In this document: positions 35,951 to 47,500 of the stretch, piece after piece | How the letters are laid out: every line of letters starts with the position of its first letter | Position numbering within the stretch: position 1 is the stretch's first letter | Assembly (NCBI GenBank): GCA_905372265.1 | Contig: CAJPOL010000001.1 | Coordinates: 458-64,457, forward strand | From: an uncultured Treponema sp. | GTDB taxonomy: Bacteria > Spirochaetota > Spirochaetia > Treponematales > Treponemataceae | Length of the DNA: 64,000 nucleotides | Direction of reading: 5' to 3' | The notes under the pieces: model-generated | Told to the model about the DNA's origin: nothing | The model's input: the letters and a program-made list of their open reading frames with translations, nothing else | The model's database searches: none | Program-made: the position numbers and the translations under genes

Positions 35951-37120
35951 TTGAACGGAAAAAAATTATTTACCTCGGAATCAGTCGGCGAGGGACATCC
36001 CGATAAACTGTGCGATCAAATTTCGGATGCAATATTGGACGCTTGTCTCCGTGATGATCCTGAAAGCCATGTTGCCTGCGAAACATTTGCTTCTACAGCG
36101 CTCATTTTAGTCGGCGGCGAAATTACCACCAACACCTTTGTCGATGTGCAAAAAATTGCGCGCGATATTGCGTGTGAAATAGGCTACACGGATTCTGATT
36201 TCGGCCTTGATTGCAACTCAATGGCGGTTATGAATATGATCCATTCGCAGTCTCCCGATATTGCGCAGGGAGTCAACGGCGAAGGTTTGGATGAGTACCG
36301 TAATCAGATAGGCGCCGGAGATCAGGGAATGATGTTTGGGTTTGCCTGCACGGAAACGCCTGAGTTAATGCCGGCGCCTATTATGTACGCGCATACGCTT
36401 TTACGGAAAGCCGCCGAATTGCGCAAGTCAAAGCAGCTGACATGGCTGCGCCCTGATGCAAAAAGCCAAGTTACAATAGAATATAACAATGGGAAGCCGG
36501 TTCATATTGATACCGTTGTTCTGTCTCATCAACACTCCCCCGATATTTCATATAATGAATTAAAAGAAGCTATCATATCACAGATTATTAAGCCGGTATT
36601 GGAGCCGACCGGTTTACTTGATGCAAAGACAAAGTTCTTTATCAATCCTACCGGACGGTTTGTAGTCGGCGGGCCGTTCGGCGACACGGGACTGACCGGA
36701 CGGAAAATTATCGTAGACACCTACGGCGGTATGGGACGGCACGGCGGCGGGGCTTTCTCCGGTAAGGATCCGACGAAGGTAGACCGTTCCGCTGCATATA
36801 TGGCCCGCTATGTTGCAAAAAACATCGTTGCCGCCGGTTTTGCCGAACGGTGCGAGCTTCAGCTTGCATATGCCATTGGTGTTCCGTTCCCCGTGTCGGT
36901 ACGGGTTGATACATTCGGTACTGCCACCGCATCTGAAGATAAAATTGAAAAAGCGGTGAGGGAAGTATTCGATCTCAGCCCCGCCGGCATTATTACATCG
37001 CTTGATTTACGGAAACCGGTCTATCAAGCGACCGCTGCTTACGGACATTTCGGACGCCCCGAATTTTCATGGGAAAAGACCGATAAAGTAGATGCCTTAA
37101 AACGGGCAATCGTACAATAG
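35951..37120 (+). CDS. metK: S-adenosylmethionine synthetase
   Basis: [36 protein letters not shown] start with AAGGAG RBS. Confidence 0.98.
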   Translation: MNGKKLFTSESVGEGHPDKLCDQISDAILDACLRDDPESHVACETFASTALILVGGEITTNTFVDVQKIARDIACEIGYTDSDFGLDCNSMAVMNMIHSQSPDIAQGVNGEGLDEYRNQIGAGDQGMMFGFACTETPELMPAPIMYAHTLLRKAAELRKSKQLTWLRPDAKSQVTIEYNNGKPVHIDTVVLSHQHSPDISYNELKEAIISQIIKPVLEPTGLLDAKTKFFINPTGRFVVGGPFGDTGLTGRKIIVDTYGGMGRHGGGAFSGKDPTKVDRSAAYMARYVAKNIVAAGFAERCELQLAYAIGVPFPVSVRVDTFGTATASEDKIEKAVREVFDLSPAGIITSLDLRKPVYQATAAYGHFGRPEFSWEKTDKVDALKRAIVQ

Positions 37121-37144
37121 CAATTCCCTGATGGAGCGAGGTAT

Positions 37145-38740
37145 ATGAGTAACGAACAGCAACACAGCTCAAAGCAGATGCATTGGGCGGATCAAACCGC
37201 TGAAAAAATTATCCGTGAGCGGGGCGATCTGGATAGTTATACCTGTGCAGCAGGCATAACACCGTCGGGAACCGTCCATATCGGAAATTTTCGGGAAATT
37301 ATTTCCGTTGACCTTGTCGTACGTGCATTACGCGACCGCGGTAAAACGGTACGCTTTATTTATTCATGGGATGACTACGATGTGTTCCGTAAAGTACCCG
37401 CCAATATGCCGAAGCCGGAAATACTCGAACAGTATCTCCGGTTCCCCATCACGAAAGTGCCCGATACATCAGAGCGGGATGAAAGTTATGCCCGTCATCA
37501 CGAGATGGATGTTGAGACGGTATTGCCGAAAGTCGGCATTCACCCCGAATTTCTCTATCAGGCAAAGCGGTATAGCGCCGGATTATATGCGGACGGCATG
37601 AAACGCGCAATGGATAAGCGTGAGGAGCTGAAAGAGATTTTGAACACCTACCGCGACGATCAGCATAAAATAACCGGAGAGTACTGGCCGGTTTCGGTCT
37701 TTTGTACCAAATGTCAAAAAGATACAACGGCTGTTGACCGGTGGGATAACGACTGGGCGCTCCACTACACCTGTGAATGCGGACATGAAGAAACGCTTGA
37801 TTTGCGGAAAACCGATTCGGCAAAGCTCGGCTGGCGGGTAGACTGGCCGATGCGGTGGAACTATGAAAAGGTCGTATTTGAACCGGCGGGAAAGGATCAC
37901 CATTCTCAAGGCGGCTCTTTTGATACTGCGCGTCTGGTTGCAGAACGCATCTACAATTGGCAAGCGCCGGTATCGTTCCGCTACGACTTTATCGGTTTAA
38001 AAGGGGTGCCGGGTAAAATGTCTTCCTCAAAAGGAACGGTTATCAGCCTTGCCGAAGTGCTTCAAATCTATCCGCCTGAAATAGCGCGGTATTTGTTTGC
38101 CTCTACCCGTCCGAATACCGAATTTGCCATCAGCTTTGACTTGGATGTCATTAAAACCTACGAAGATTATGATAAAACAGAGCGCATTGCATGGGGAATC
38201 GATAAAGCGAAAAATGATGACGTTTATGCCAAAGAACGGCGTATTTACGAACTTTCGCAAATTGACGGAATGCCGCCGTGCATCGCCTATCAAATTCCAT
38301 TCCGGCATTTATGCAATCTTCTGCAGATTAACGCAGGCGATACCGCAGCGGTGATGAAACTGCTGCCCGATATAAAGCCGGAACAGCGGGAACGTTTTGA
38401 AACAAGAGCCCGCTGCGCATGGTTCTGGATTACCGAATGCGCACCGGAAGAATTCCGGTTCACACTCCGTACCGACGATGGAAAGCCTGCGCTCACCGAA
38501 ACGGAAACGGCAGCCATTCAAAAAATCCGCGACGAACTTTTGCCGCAGATGGAAAAAATGGATGAAAAAACTTTTTCTACGGCGCTTTACGATGTCGCTC
38601 ACGCATGCGGCATTGAGCCTAAGGCTCTTTTTACCGCAGTGTATCAGGCGCTCATCGGAAAAGAACAGGGGCCGCGTTTGGCAGGTTTTATGAAAATAAT
38701 CGGGCATGAACGGCTTGCACAACTATTGATTTCTTATTAA
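37145..38740 (+). CDS. lysS: class I lysyl-tRNA synthetase
   Basis: HWAD, GITPSG.VHIGNFRE, WRVDWPMRW, EP.GKDH, KMSSSKG, GPRL. Confidence 0.96.
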   Translation: MSNEQQHSSKQMHWADQTAEKIIRERGDLDSYTCAAGITPSGTVHIGNFREIISVDLVVRALRDRGKTVRFIYSWDDYDVFRKVPANMPKPEILEQYLRFPITKVPDTSERDESYARHHEMDVETVLPKVGIHPEFLYQAKRYSAGLYADGMKRAMDKREELKEILNTYRDDQHKITGEYWPVSVFCTKCQKDTTAVDRWDNDWALHYTCECGHEETLDLRKTDSAKLGWRVDWPMRWNYEKVVFEPAGKDHHSQGGSFDTARLVAERIYNWQAPVSFRYDFIGLKGVPGKMSSSKGTVISLAEVLQIYPPEIARYLFASTRPNTEFAISFDLDVIKTYEDYDKTERIAWGIDKAKNDDVYAKERRIYELSQIDGMPPCIAYQIPFRHLCNLLQINAGDTAAVMKLLPDIKPEQRERFETRARCAWFWITECAPEEFRFTLRTDDGKPALTETETAAIQKIRDELLPQMEKMDEKTFSTALYDVAHACGIEPKALFTAVYQALIGKEQGPRLAGFMKIIGHERLAQLLISY

Positions 38741-38809
38741 AATGCCGCCTGCATTATGAACGCATCGCATAAGAAGTCTATTGTACCTACATTCCCATTT
38801 TTGTTAACG

Positions 38810-38842
38810 GCGGTACGGCATATCGGTACCGCTCTTTTATTT
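38810..38842 (+). terminator. probable intrinsic terminator after lysS
   Basis: GCGGTAC...GTACCGC stem followed by TCTTTTATTT. Confidence 0.55.
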
Positions 38843-38939
38843 TCAGTTATATCGTATATTACAACGCTCTTTTTTAAGGGCGTTTTTTTTTGTGGTCATA
38901 CTAAAAACGGTACGAGCCTATCACGGCAAAGGAGTTTAT

Positions 38940-40007
38940 ATGAATAAAATCGTAATGGAAGCGGAATCACTTGAGAAGTATTTAACGGCGCAAGATGCCG
39001 CGTATTTGCACAAACTGGACATATTGTATGATAAAACAATGCAGCAGTTTGTCCGCTTGGAGAGCGCATCGGATAACACGGAAAAGCGGGCTGCAGAGCA
39101 TGAAATTATCTCATTATATGATGATATGGGAAAACTGCTGCAGGAAATCTGCAAAGAAGTACCGCAATTAAAAGTCTATTCGTTTATTACCGAACATGAA
39201 AGCCATGCGGAAGCGTCCCGCGTTATGGCAAAATTGCGGAGCGCTGAGACAGGACATAATGAATTCATTTATTACACACAGCGGGCGTTCGAAATGCTGT
39301 TTAAACTTGCGTACAGCGGCAGTCATGAGGATGCAAAAAATCATCTGATCTCTAAAACGCCGGTAACGCAGCCGGTACAGCACTATGCAGTACACAAGAT
39401 CAGCGATATTGATCATAAGATTGAAAATACAGTCATGTGCGTAATGCTTCGAGGCGCTTTACTGCCTTCAATGATTATGTCGAAAGAGATAGAGGAATAT
39501 TCCTCGCACGGATATGTTACGCCTTTCGCGCTCTTTAAAATAAAACGGGATGAGACACGGCAGCTCAAAGATATGCAGTATATTCTTAATTTGGATATGT
39601 CATACTATCATCTTGAAGATTTAAACGGAAAAGATTTGATTTTTGCCGATCCGATGAATGCGACCGGAGGCAGTTTGATTACGGTCGTCAAATACCTTGA
39701 GCGGCAAGGCGTAAAACCGAAATCCATTAGCTGCTTCCATGTTATTTCTTCGCTGAAAGGAGCGTTATGCGCTGCACGGGCATTAAAAAATTGTACCGTT
39801 TACAGTCTGTGGATGGATCCCGCCTTAAATGATGCCGCCTATATTTTGCCGGGCTTGGGTGATGCAGGCGACCGTATTAACGGAGTAGATGAACCTGAAC
39901 ATCCGCGCAATATGATTCAGCTTATTGCAGATTATGGAGCGACAATTGCCGGATTATACCGGCATCAGCTGCGGGAAATAGAAAATGTGGTGCTTCAAAA
40001 TAAATAG
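38940..40007 (+). CDS. upp: uracil phosphoribosyltransferase with N-terminal extension
   Basis: [19 protein letters not shown]-binding motif, [16 protein letters not shown]. Start at ATG 38940 (AAGGAG RBS). Confidence 0.8.
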   Translation: MNKIVMEAESLEKYLTAQDAAYLHKLDILYDKTMQQFVRLESASDNTEKRAAEHEIISLYDDMGKLLQEICKEVPQLKVYSFITEHESHAEASRVMAKLRSAETGHNEFIYYTQRAFEMLFKLAYSGSHEDAKNHLISKTPVTQPVQHYAVHKISDIDHKIENTVMCVMLRGALLPSMIMSKEIEEYSSHGYVTPFALFKIKRDETRQLKDMQYILNLDMSYYHLEDLNGKDLIFADPMNATGGSLITVVKYLERQGVKPKSISCFHVISSLKGALCAARALKNCTVYSLWMDPALNDAAYILPGLGDAGDRINGVDEPEHPRNMIQLIADYGATIAGLYRHQLREIENVVLQNK

Positions 40008-40695
40008 AACGCCGGCAACCATACCGAAAACCGTCGGTATGGTTTTCGGTATGTTCATTGCAGCAATGACGCTGAGCCTACCGGTGTATGCGAAAGGCAA
40101 ACAGGAGCCATCGTTCGCAAAAGAATATTTTGAGCTTGCGCAAGCCTATGCCGAAACGGCAAAATACGATAAAGCTATTACTTTTTACTTAAAAGCGGCT
40201 GCCGATCCTGCGCATAAGAATGCAGCGGAGTATAATTTAGCGCGGGTATACGGATTACAGGGGGATTGGCAGAAGGCGCGGGCTATTTTGGAGCGTCAAT
40301 ATGCCGAAGCTCCCGATAACATGCTCATCCTTACAGCTTTTGCTTATGCGCTTGCGGCAAGCGGAGACACCGATCGTGCATGTGAAATGTACCGGAACAT
40401 ATACGAACGCGATACGGAAACGCCTGAGACGGCGCTTAACTATGTGCGGATACTGATTACCGCAAAGCGGTATGATGAAGCAACATCCTCTATTACCGCA
40501 CTGAAACAGCGTTTTACGGAGAATGCCGAGCGGGAAGCCTTAGATATGCTTGAGGAAAAAATTAAAAAAGCCTTAGAGCCGCCGGCAGAAAATACTGAAA
40601 CGCCCCCGTCCGGTTCTAAAGAACAAAAAGCAACGCCCGATAAGGCTGCACCGGATGAGAAAGAGCCGCTTCCCAACGAAAAAGCGCCGACATAA
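39985..40695 (+). CDS. exported TPR-repeat protein
   Basis: Signal peptide ending VYA, repeated TPR helices (YNLARVY, ALNY.RIL); start codon uncertain. Confidence 0.8.
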   Translation: MWCFKINRTPATIPKTVGMVFGMFIAAMTLSLPVYAKGKQEPSFAKEYFELAQAYAETAKYDKAITFYLKAAADPAHKNAAEYNLARVYGLQGDWQKARAILERQYAEAPDNMLILTAFAYALAASGDTDRACEMYRNIYERDTETPETALNYVRILITAKRYDEATSSITALKQRFTENAEREALDMLEEKIKKALEPPAENTETPPSGSKEQKATPDKAAPDEKEPLPNEKAPT

Positions 40696-40779
40696 GCGGC
40701 CTTTTCAAAACATCGGTTCTTATAGCAAAGCATTTTTTATTCGTGCGGCGGGTCGGATCATGCTTATTGCTTGAGCTGC

Positions 40780-41289
40780 TTATTTCAGCAGAACCCATGT
40801 TGAACCGGAACCTCCATCCCGTGCTTTCGGGTGGCCTGTTTCCCCTGCATGGGGATGATCCTCTAAAAACCTTTTTACAAAACCTGTCAGTACGGGGTCG
40901 CCTTGCGAATGGTTCCCCTTGCCGTGTATGATGAGGAGCTTCCGGTATTGTTTGCGGAGCGCCTCGTCAAAAAAATAAAGGAGCGCCGCATGAGCCTCCT
41001 CTATGGTCATGCCGTGTAAATCAATTTCCGCTTGCGGGCGCATCGAGCGCAGGCGTTTTTTCTCGGCGAGCCTATCCGAAAAATACTGTCCGCCGGTTTC
41101 TTCGGCTTCCGCATCTTTATCATAGACGCCGTATCGTCTCAACCAGAAATCCATCGGATTGAGCGTCTTGTTGTTTTCATCACTGATTTTACCGGAAGCA
41201 GTATCGGCGGCATCCCGTTTTATCCGCTTTTTACCATACGGCTTTTGAGTCTGCTGTTCCCATTGTTCAAGAATATCGCCGAAATCCAT
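40780..41289 (-). CDS. Smr/MutS2-domain protein
   Basis: IDLHGMT..EA, IIHGKG.HS, GGSGST.V. Start moved to ATG 41289. Confidence 0.9.
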   Translation of the reverse strand: MDFGDILEQWEQQTQKPYGKKRIKRDAADTASGKISDENNKTLNPMDFWLRRYGVYDKDAEAEETGGQYFSDRLAEKKRLRSMRPQAEIDLHGMTIEEAHAALLYFFDEALRKQYRKLLIIHGKGNHSQGDPVLTGFVKRFLEDHPHAGETGHPKARDGGSGSTWVLLK

Positions 41290-41320
41290 GAACCGTATTT
41301 TCCGCAAAAAAACTGAAACG

Positions 41321-43327
41321 TCAAGAGAAAACGGCTGAAACAAGCGCATCCCATTGATCGGTAAGAGCTTGCGCCGTTTCGGTCAACGCTTTGATCTCTT
41401 GCCGGATGCGGCGGATCTTCTCACCGTCGGCATACACATCCGGTTCGCTGAGCAGGGCTTCCAGCGCTTTTATTTTGTCCTCCGTTTCGGTAAGTTCCGT
41501 CATAAGCCGCTCTTCTTCTTTTTCCCGTTTCCGCTTTTCCGTCCGCTGCTGTTTTTGCGCTTCGTATAAACTTTGACCTGTCTTTTTACCGCTTGCATCG
41601 GAACCGGTATGAGAAGCCGATGATGAAGGGCGTGAAGCGGCTTTTGCATGCGGCGGAGCGGCAGTAGAGCGCTTTCCGTCTGACTCCGATGCGCTGTTTT
41701 CCGCAGCAATGCGGTAAAGATAATAATCGTACGTACCCGGAAAATCCCGTATACGGGTTCCGGCGGCGGATTCTTCGGAGGCTGTCAGTTCGAGGATTCG
41801 GGTAGCAAGTCCTTGAATAAAAAATTTATCATGAGACACAAAAATAACCGTCCCCTCGAACCGCTGCAATGCATCAAGCAGTACATCTTTTGAATGCAAG
41901 TCAAGATGATTGGTCGGTTCGTCCAAAATCAGTACATTAAGCGGTGTCAGCAGCAGCCGTAACAGCGCAAGCCTGCTCTTTTCGCCGCCTGAGAGGACGG
42001 AAAGCGGTTTATGTATGTCATCCCCGCGGAATAAAAAGGCTGCAAGCATATCATAGAGTTTAGGGATCAGATGCGTCGGAGCCTCCTGTTCGAGCGTTTC
42101 TATGATAGTTGCATTACCGGCGATACGTTCCGCCGCATCTTGAGAAAAATATCCGGCGGCAACTCCAGCTCCGTATTTCACCGAACCGGAAAAATCGGTA
42201 TCTTCTCCTGCCAGAATCCGTAAAAATGTTGTCTTTCCTGCGCCGTTCCGCCCTGTAAACGCAATCCGGTCGTTCTTTGCTACGGTTAATTCAGCATTTT
42301 TAAGAATGAACCGGTCGCCGTAGGCTTTGGTGATATGCTGAGCTTGTAAAACAATATTTCCCGAATGCGGAACGGGCGGAAAACTGAAATGAATCTTTTT
42401 TAAGTGTTCCGGCAATGTAATCCGCTCAAGTTTTTCAAGACGGCGGACTCTATCCTGTACCAAGGCGGCCTTACTCGCGTTGTACCGGAACTTGCGGATG
42501 AACTCCTCCGTTTTTGCAATTTCTTCTTGCTGTTGTGTATAGGCCTTTATAAGTGAAGCAAGCTCAACCGTGCGTGTTTTTTCATAATGAGTATAGGTGC
42601 CGGCATACCGTTTCAAAACGCCGTTAAAAAGTTCGAACGTTTCGGTTACGGTTGCGTCCAAAAAAGAGCGGTCATGGCTTACCACTAAAAAACCGCCTGA
42701 GAATTTTTTTAACCACAGCTCAAGCCAGCTGCGGGCTTCAATATCGAGGTAGTTGGTCGGCTCATCCAAAATAAGAATATCGGCGCCGCTTAAAAGAATT
42801 TTTGCAAGCGCGATGCGCATTTGCCAGCCGCCTGAAAACTCATCGGTCAACCGGTCAAAATCTTTCGCCGTAAACCCCAAGCCCCGTAGGGTCTCATCAA
42901 TTAACCCTTGACGGGAATACCAAAGCGACTGTTCCAGTGCGACCTGCAGGTTATGATAATCATGAGCAAGCCTTTCCGCTTTTGCCGTATCGGGTTCTTC
43001 GCTCATTTGTTTGCCGACAGCTTCAAGCTGTTCTATCAAAGCGGCTCCGTGCGCAAATGCCGTTTCGGCTTCATCGGTCAGCGTTCTGCCGGTATGCACA
43101 ATGCCGGACTGCGGAAGATAGGCAACGCGCGTATTTTTCTCTGTCGAAATACTTCCCGAATCGGCTTGCAGCTTCCCCGCGATGATCTTCATCAACGTTG
43201 ACTTGCCGCATCCGTTAGCGCCGGTTAGGGCGGCTTTGGTTCCATTCGTGAGTACAAGCGTGATATTCTGTAAAATATCACGGTCGGCAAAGGCAAGCGA
43301 CACATTGGAAAGCTGAACAAAAGGCAT
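41321..43327 (-). CDS. ABC-F family ATP-binding protein
   Basis: Two ABC domains (GANGCGKS/FSGGW/LDEPTNYLD; GRNGAGKT/LSGGE/LDEPTNHLD), no TM, coiled-coil tail. Confidence 0.93.
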   Translation of the reverse strand: MPFVQLSNVSLAFADRDILQNITLVLTNGTKAALTGANGCGKSTLMKIIAGKLQADSGSISTEKNTRVAYLPQSGIVHTGRTLTDEAETAFAHGAALIEQLEAVGKQMSEEPDTAKAERLAHDYHNLQVALEQSLWYSRQGLIDETLRGLGFTAKDFDRLTDEFSGGWQMRIALAKILLSGADILILDEPTNYLDIEARSWLELWLKKFSGGFLVVSHDRSFLDATVTETFELFNGVLKRYAGTYTHYEKTRTVELASLIKAYTQQQEEIAKTEEFIRKFRYNASKAALVQDRVRRLEKLERITLPEHLKKIHFSFPPVPHSGNIVLQAQHITKAYGDRFILKNAELTVAKNDRIAFTGRNGAGKTTFLRILAGEDTDFSGSVKYGAGVAAGYFSQDAAERIAGNATIIETLEQEAPTHLIPKLYDMLAAFLFRGDDIHKPLSVLSGGEKSRLALLRLLLTPLNVLILDEPTNHLDLHSKDVLLDALQRFEGTVIFVSHDKFFIQGLATRILELTASEESAAGTRIRDFPGTYDYYLYRIAAENSASESDGKRSTAAPPHAKAASRPSSSASHTGSDASGKKTGQSLYEAQKQQRTEKRKREKEEERLMTELTETEDKIKALEALLSEPDVYADGEKIRRIRQEIKALTETAQALTDQWDALVSAVFS

Positions 43328-44637
43328 TATTCTTCATACCCTTCGGCGCCGAAAAATAAAATAACCGGATTGACATTTCTTGTCGCCGCTATTCCGTCTT
43401 TAATATTCTCAGGTTTGACATATTCCAATTTCAGTCCTTGCACCGACAACGTATAGAAAAAATCCGTCCATGTATCGGCTTCGTCAAATTTAAACGATAA
43501 AACGCCCTGATATTCATTCTTTAAATTTGAACCTAAAAGGTATCTGATCGCAACGGCTCCCGATGCTCCAGCTCCTTTCGGAATAATTAAGGGGGATAAC
43601 ACTTGATAGCCGTTCCAGAGAAAGCGCTCGGCAGTGATAAATTGGATTACGCCGTAATTTCCTGAATTAAAAACCGGCCCCCGTTCTATAAGCTGTTCCA
43701 GTATTCCATGACGGCGTTCAAGTTCCGCTTGTACCAGCTCCGTAGGATTTTCTTTTAACGTAATAAAGCGCCGGGTTTGGGCGAGTCCTTTTTCATCGGT
43801 ATAATTCACGGCTATCGTACCGTCGTCCCTGATCTGCAACAGTACCGGAGAGCCTTCAAACCGGTACGATCCCATCTTATTTTTTGTAATTCCGGTATAG
43901 GGAAAAGAAATGTGTTCATCTTGGAGCGAGATACGGACAAGGCCGCTCGTTTCTCCCGCAAAGAAGCCGAATGTTTCCGCCATGCGGATCGGATCAATTT
44001 GCTTTTTATCGATCATGTCGCGATAATAGTCGGGGTACCACCGCTGTTTCAGTACCTCCTGCAATGCGGGATCAACGGCCGTTTCAGTCTTTTTTTGAGG
44101 AAGGGACGGCTCACTTTCATCGTAAAGATATAGATTATAAGAAAAACACCATCCTTTACTGCCGTCATTTGTCATTACATACAGCCAATCGCCTTCCAGT
44201 GTCCTATCGTGAGCCGTAACCGGAGCTCCTTCCCCTTTCCAGAGAATTTTGACCGTTTGATTTTCCCGCAGCCGGTAGACTTGTTTACCGGTATTATCGG
44301 GGGCTGAGCGGAGCGGTAATCCGTCACGCTTTACGACCGCATATACGGAACGGTATTCGGATGTTTTTTCAATATATTGTTGCACTTCCCGCTTTGAAGA
44401 ACAAAATGTTAATTGCCAGAGCGGGATTTCAATTTTTTGATCGTTCAATTCCACGATATACACTTGCGAAATATTTGAACGGACAAGTACCGGAACGACA
44501 TCGGCAGCTGTAAGGTTGTGCTCCGGTATTGACCAGTTGACAACTCCGTATCCGAGTTTATTCGAACAGCCGGAAGCCGAAAGCGCTGACAAAACAAGAA
44601 AAGCAATAAAGAAAAAAGAATTGTACAGTTTTTTCAT
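43327..44637 (-). CDS. hypothetical lipoprotein with SH3-like domain
   Basis: Lipobox ASGC; L..RSAPD..G.QVYRL and W..V.T.DG..GW...Y SH3b-like pattern. Confidence 0.7.
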   Translation of the reverse strand: MKKLYNSFFFIAFLVLSALSASGCSNKLGYGVVNWSIPEHNLTAADVVPVLVRSNISQVYIVELNDQKIEIPLWQLTFCSSKREVQQYIEKTSEYRSVYAVVKRDGLPLRSAPDNTGKQVYRLRENQTVKILWKGEGAPVTAHDRTLEGDWLYVMTNDGSKGWCFSYNLYLYDESEPSLPQKKTETAVDPALQEVLKQRWYPDYYRDMIDKKQIDPIRMAETFGFFAGETSGLVRISLQDEHISFPYTGITKNKMGSYRFEGSPVLLQIRDDGTIAVNYTDEKGLAQTRRFITLKENPTELVQAELERRHGILEQLIERGPVFNSGNYGVIQFITAERFLWNGYQVLSPLIIPKGAGASGAVAIRYLLGSNLKNEYQGVLSFKFDEADTWTDFFYTLSVQGLKLEYVKPENIKDGIAATRNVNPVILFFGAEGYEE

Positions 44638-44647
44638 ACGGGAATGG

Positions 44648-44676
44648 ATTATACTTTAAAGGATGCATCCGTGCAA
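44648..44676 (-). promoter_or_regulatory. sigma70 promoter for the SH3 lipoprotein/ABC-F/Smr operon (near-leaderless)
   Basis: TTGCAC-17 nt-TATAAT-10 nt-ATG. Confidence 0.65.
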
Positions 44677-44833
44677 GGTGACGCATTGCCTCACGTTAAA
44701 TCTAACCGAACTTGAAGACCTGGGTATAGTAGACTTCCATCAAATTTTAAAATGGTTTGTGCCTGTATACAGACTGCTCCAATACATTTTTTCAAAAATT
44801 GATTTCCGCCTGAATCCCTGCCGATTCACCTGC

Positions 44834-44862
44834 TTGCACTTCTGCGCTTCGTATGGTACAGT
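44834..44862 (+). promoter_or_regulatory. putative sigma70 promoter for the APC permease-peptidase operon
   Basis: TTGCAC-17 nt-TACAGT with an extended TG. Confidence 0.5.
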
Positions 44863-44900
44863 GCGCAATATTTAAAGCTGTGCCGCTGCAAGGAACTATG

Positions 44901-44933
44901 GACATGTTTGATAACTCCGTTGTCGAACATGTC
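44901..44933. repeat. single hairpin of repeat family C
   Basis: GACATGTTTGATAACTCCGTTGTCGAACATGTC matches the reverse complement of 52146-52178. Confidence 0.7.
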
Positions 44934-44993
44934 TTATGCAAACCTCGGTTCTTTCCATAAAATCGGCCGGTATTTCGTTTTAAGGGAAATTGT

Positions 44994-46391
44994 ATGCAAA
45001 CAAAAAAAATCGGTTTTTGGGCTCTCGTATTTATGAATGTATCGGCGCTCTACGGTATCCGCTGGATTGCCAAATCAACGGCGGCGAATTTCGGACTCGG
45101 ACTTGGAGCCATTCCGATGTGGGTGCTGTTTTCGTTTATTTTCTTTGTGCCGGCCGCTCTTATCTGTGCGGAATTGGCCGCAACGTACCCGACGGATGGA
45201 GGACTGTACGAATGGGTTAAAGAAGCCTACGGTAAAAAAACCGGCTTTATGGTGTCATGGCTCAATTGGTCGGCAAAAATTTTTTGGTACTCCTCATTCT
45301 TAACATTTATGATGGTCAATATAACGTATGCAATCGGAAAACCGGCATTAGCTGACAACAAGCTATTGGTTACGGCAGCATCGATTATCATTTTCTGGAT
45401 TTTGTCTTTTTTAAGCTGCAAAGGAATGATTTTCGGAAAAGTATTCACCAATACCGGCGCCTTAGGCTCTACTATTCCAACGGTCATTTTAATTGTCATG
45501 GCATTCATAACGGTTGCGGTGCTCAAAAAGCAGCCGTCCGCTTCAGTATACTCCGTTGCAAATATGATACCTAAGCTGAACACCGATTCAATGGTCGCCA
45601 TATCCGCAATCATGTTCGGGATGGCGGGAGCGGAAACAACGGCAAACTTTATCAGTGAAATTGACGAACCGCATAAAAACTTCCCGCGTGCAATCGTTGC
45701 CGCTGCTGCAATCGTCGGTTTACTCTATGTACTTGGGTCAATCGCCATCACCTCTATTCTCCCCATCGATAAGATAACAGCCTCGAAAGGCGTGCTTGAT
45801 GCGCTCAATGCCGCCGGTCTTTCGCTCGGTTTAGGAACATGGCTTACTCAAATCCTTGCATTCGGGATTACCGTTTCCATACTCGGCGCAATCATTTTAT
45901 ATATCGCATCGCCGATTAAAATGCTGTTCGGCAGCGTAGAAAAAGGGATCTTTCCTCAAACAATAACGGCAGTAAATGCGCATAATATTCCTCAAAATGC
46001 AGTGCTTCTGCAAGCGGCCCTCGTAACGGTTCTGATGGTTGCGACATCCGTTATGCCTTCTGTAGATGCTATCTATAACGTGCTGGTTACTATGACCGCT
46101 TTAACCTCGCTGTTTCCGTATATTTTGCTATTCGGCGCTTATATCAAATTGCGCAAAACCCGGCCGAATGAACACCGTCCCTATCAAATTGCAAAAAACA
46201 CCGGTACGGCCGTTACAATCGCCTACATGGTATTGACGGTTACGGTTTTCGGTATTGTGATGTCGGCTGCTCCGGTAATGCCGACCCTTATGGAGAACAT
46301 CATCTATGAATGCGAAATGATAGGCGGAGCCGTTGTGGTCATCTTTGCCGGCCTGCTGCTCTGGAAGCGGTACGAAAAGAACCGCGGATAA
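44994..46391 (+). CDS. APC-family amino acid permease/antiporter
   Basis: CAELAATYP..GGLY.WV..A.G, AGAE, P..NFPRAI; about 12 TMs. Confidence 0.9.
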   Translation: MQTKKIGFWALVFMNVSALYGIRWIAKSTAANFGLGLGAIPMWVLFSFIFFVPAALICAELAATYPTDGGLYEWVKEAYGKKTGFMVSWLNWSAKIFWYSSFLTFMMVNITYAIGKPALADNKLLVTAASIIIFWILSFLSCKGMIFGKVFTNTGALGSTIPTVILIVMAFITVAVLKKQPSASVYSVANMIPKLNTDSMVAISAIMFGMAGAETTANFISEIDEPHKNFPRAIVAAAAIVGLLYVLGSIAITSILPIDKITASKGVLDALNAAGLSLGLGTWLTQILAFGITVSILGAIILYIASPIKMLFGSVEKGIFPQTITAVNAHNIPQNAVLLQAALVTVLMVATSVMPSVDAIYNVLVTMTALTSLFPYILLFGAYIKLRKTRPNEHRPYQIAKNTGTAVTIAYMVLTVTVFGIVMSAAPVMPTLMENIIYECEMIGGAVVVIFAGLLLWKRYEKNRG

Positions 46392-46411
46392 AGTTAAGGA
46401 AGGAGTATAGT

Positions 46412-47500
46412 ATGAAAGAAAATCGGACTAAGAAAATTCTTGAGTCGATGAAAGCGCAAAATGTAGCGCAGTTGGTTATTTCCGATCCTGCAAGTATTTA
46501 TTATCTTACAGGCCGTTGGATATTGCCGGGAGAGCGGCTGTTAGTATTGCTTTTGAACGGCGATGGACGCCATAAGCTTTTTATCAACGAGTTGTTTCCG
46601 GTTGATGAAGACCTCGGCGCCGAAAAAATTATCTTGAAGGATACGCAAGACGGGGTTCAGATACTTTCCGATCATATACGCAAAGAGGGAACTGTCGGTA
46701 TCGATAAGAATTGGCCGAGCCGTTTTTTGATCCGGCTGATGGAATTGAGAACACAGACCCGTTTCATCAACGGGTCTCCCATTGTTGACCTTATCAGACA
46801 GATAAAAGACGAGGATGAGATACGGAAAATGAGAGCCGCCTCTTTAATAAATGATGCAGCGGTAAAAGAACTGGCTCTGCTGCTCCGGCATGAGTATACC
46901 GAAAAAGAGATGGGAGCAAAATTATCCGAAATTTATCAAAAACTCGGCACTACCGAAGGTTTTTCATTTGAGCCGATTATCGGGTACGGTAAAAATGCAG
47001 CCGACCCTCACCATATGAACAGCGATGATAAACCGAAAAAAGGCGATAGCGTTATTTTAGATATCGGCTGCGTTAAAGACGGTTATTGCTCCGATATGAC
47101 CCGTACCGTTTTTTACGGCGGGCCTTCGGCAAAAGCCCGCGAAGTATATAATATCGTGCTTGAAGCGCAGCTGCGCGGTATTGCAGCCGTTAAACCCGGC
47201 GCAACTTTTGCCGATGTAGACCATGCATGCAGAGATTACATCACCGAGAAAGGATACGGACAGTATTTTACTCACCGTACCGGACACAACATCGGCATTG
47301 AGTGCCATGAGTACGGCGACGTTTCGTCTGTCAACACCGCCGTTTTAAAACCCGGCATGATATTTTCAATTGAACCGGGCATTTATATTCCCGGCGAAGT
47401 AGGTGTGCGGATAGAGGATTTGGTAGTAGTAACCGAAACGGGCTGCGAAAATCTCAATCACTGCACAAAGGATTTGTGCATCGTCGCTATCGACGTTTAG
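46412..47500 (+). CDS. M24 Xaa-Pro aminopeptidase/prolidase
   Basis: R.IKD.DEI, D.G....GY.SD.TRT, HRTGH.IG...HE, FSIEPGIY....GVRIED. Start at ATG 46412 (AAGGAG RBS). Confidence 0.93.
   Translation: MKENRTKKILESMKAQNVAQLVISDPASIYYLTGRWILPGERLLVLLLNGDGRHKLFINELFPVDEDLGAEKIILKDTQDGVQILSDHIRKEGTVGIDKNWPSRFLIRLMELRTQTRFINGSPIVDLIRQIKDEDEIRKMRAASLINDAAVKELALLLRHEYTEKEMGAKLSEIYQKLGTTEGFSFEPIIGYGKNAADPHHMNSDDKPKKGDSVILDIGCVKDGYCSDMTRTVFYGGPSAKAREVYNIVLEAQLRGIAAVKPGATFADVDHACRDYITEKGYGQYFTHRTGHNIGIECHEYGDVSSVNTAVLKPGMIFSIEPGIYIPGEVGVRIEDLVVVTETGCENLNHCTKDLCIVAIDV

Noticed and set aside
38756..38947. 63-aa ORF between lysS and upp
   Set aside because: Spans a terminator-like hairpin and the upp RBS, with no RBS of its own or recognisable features.
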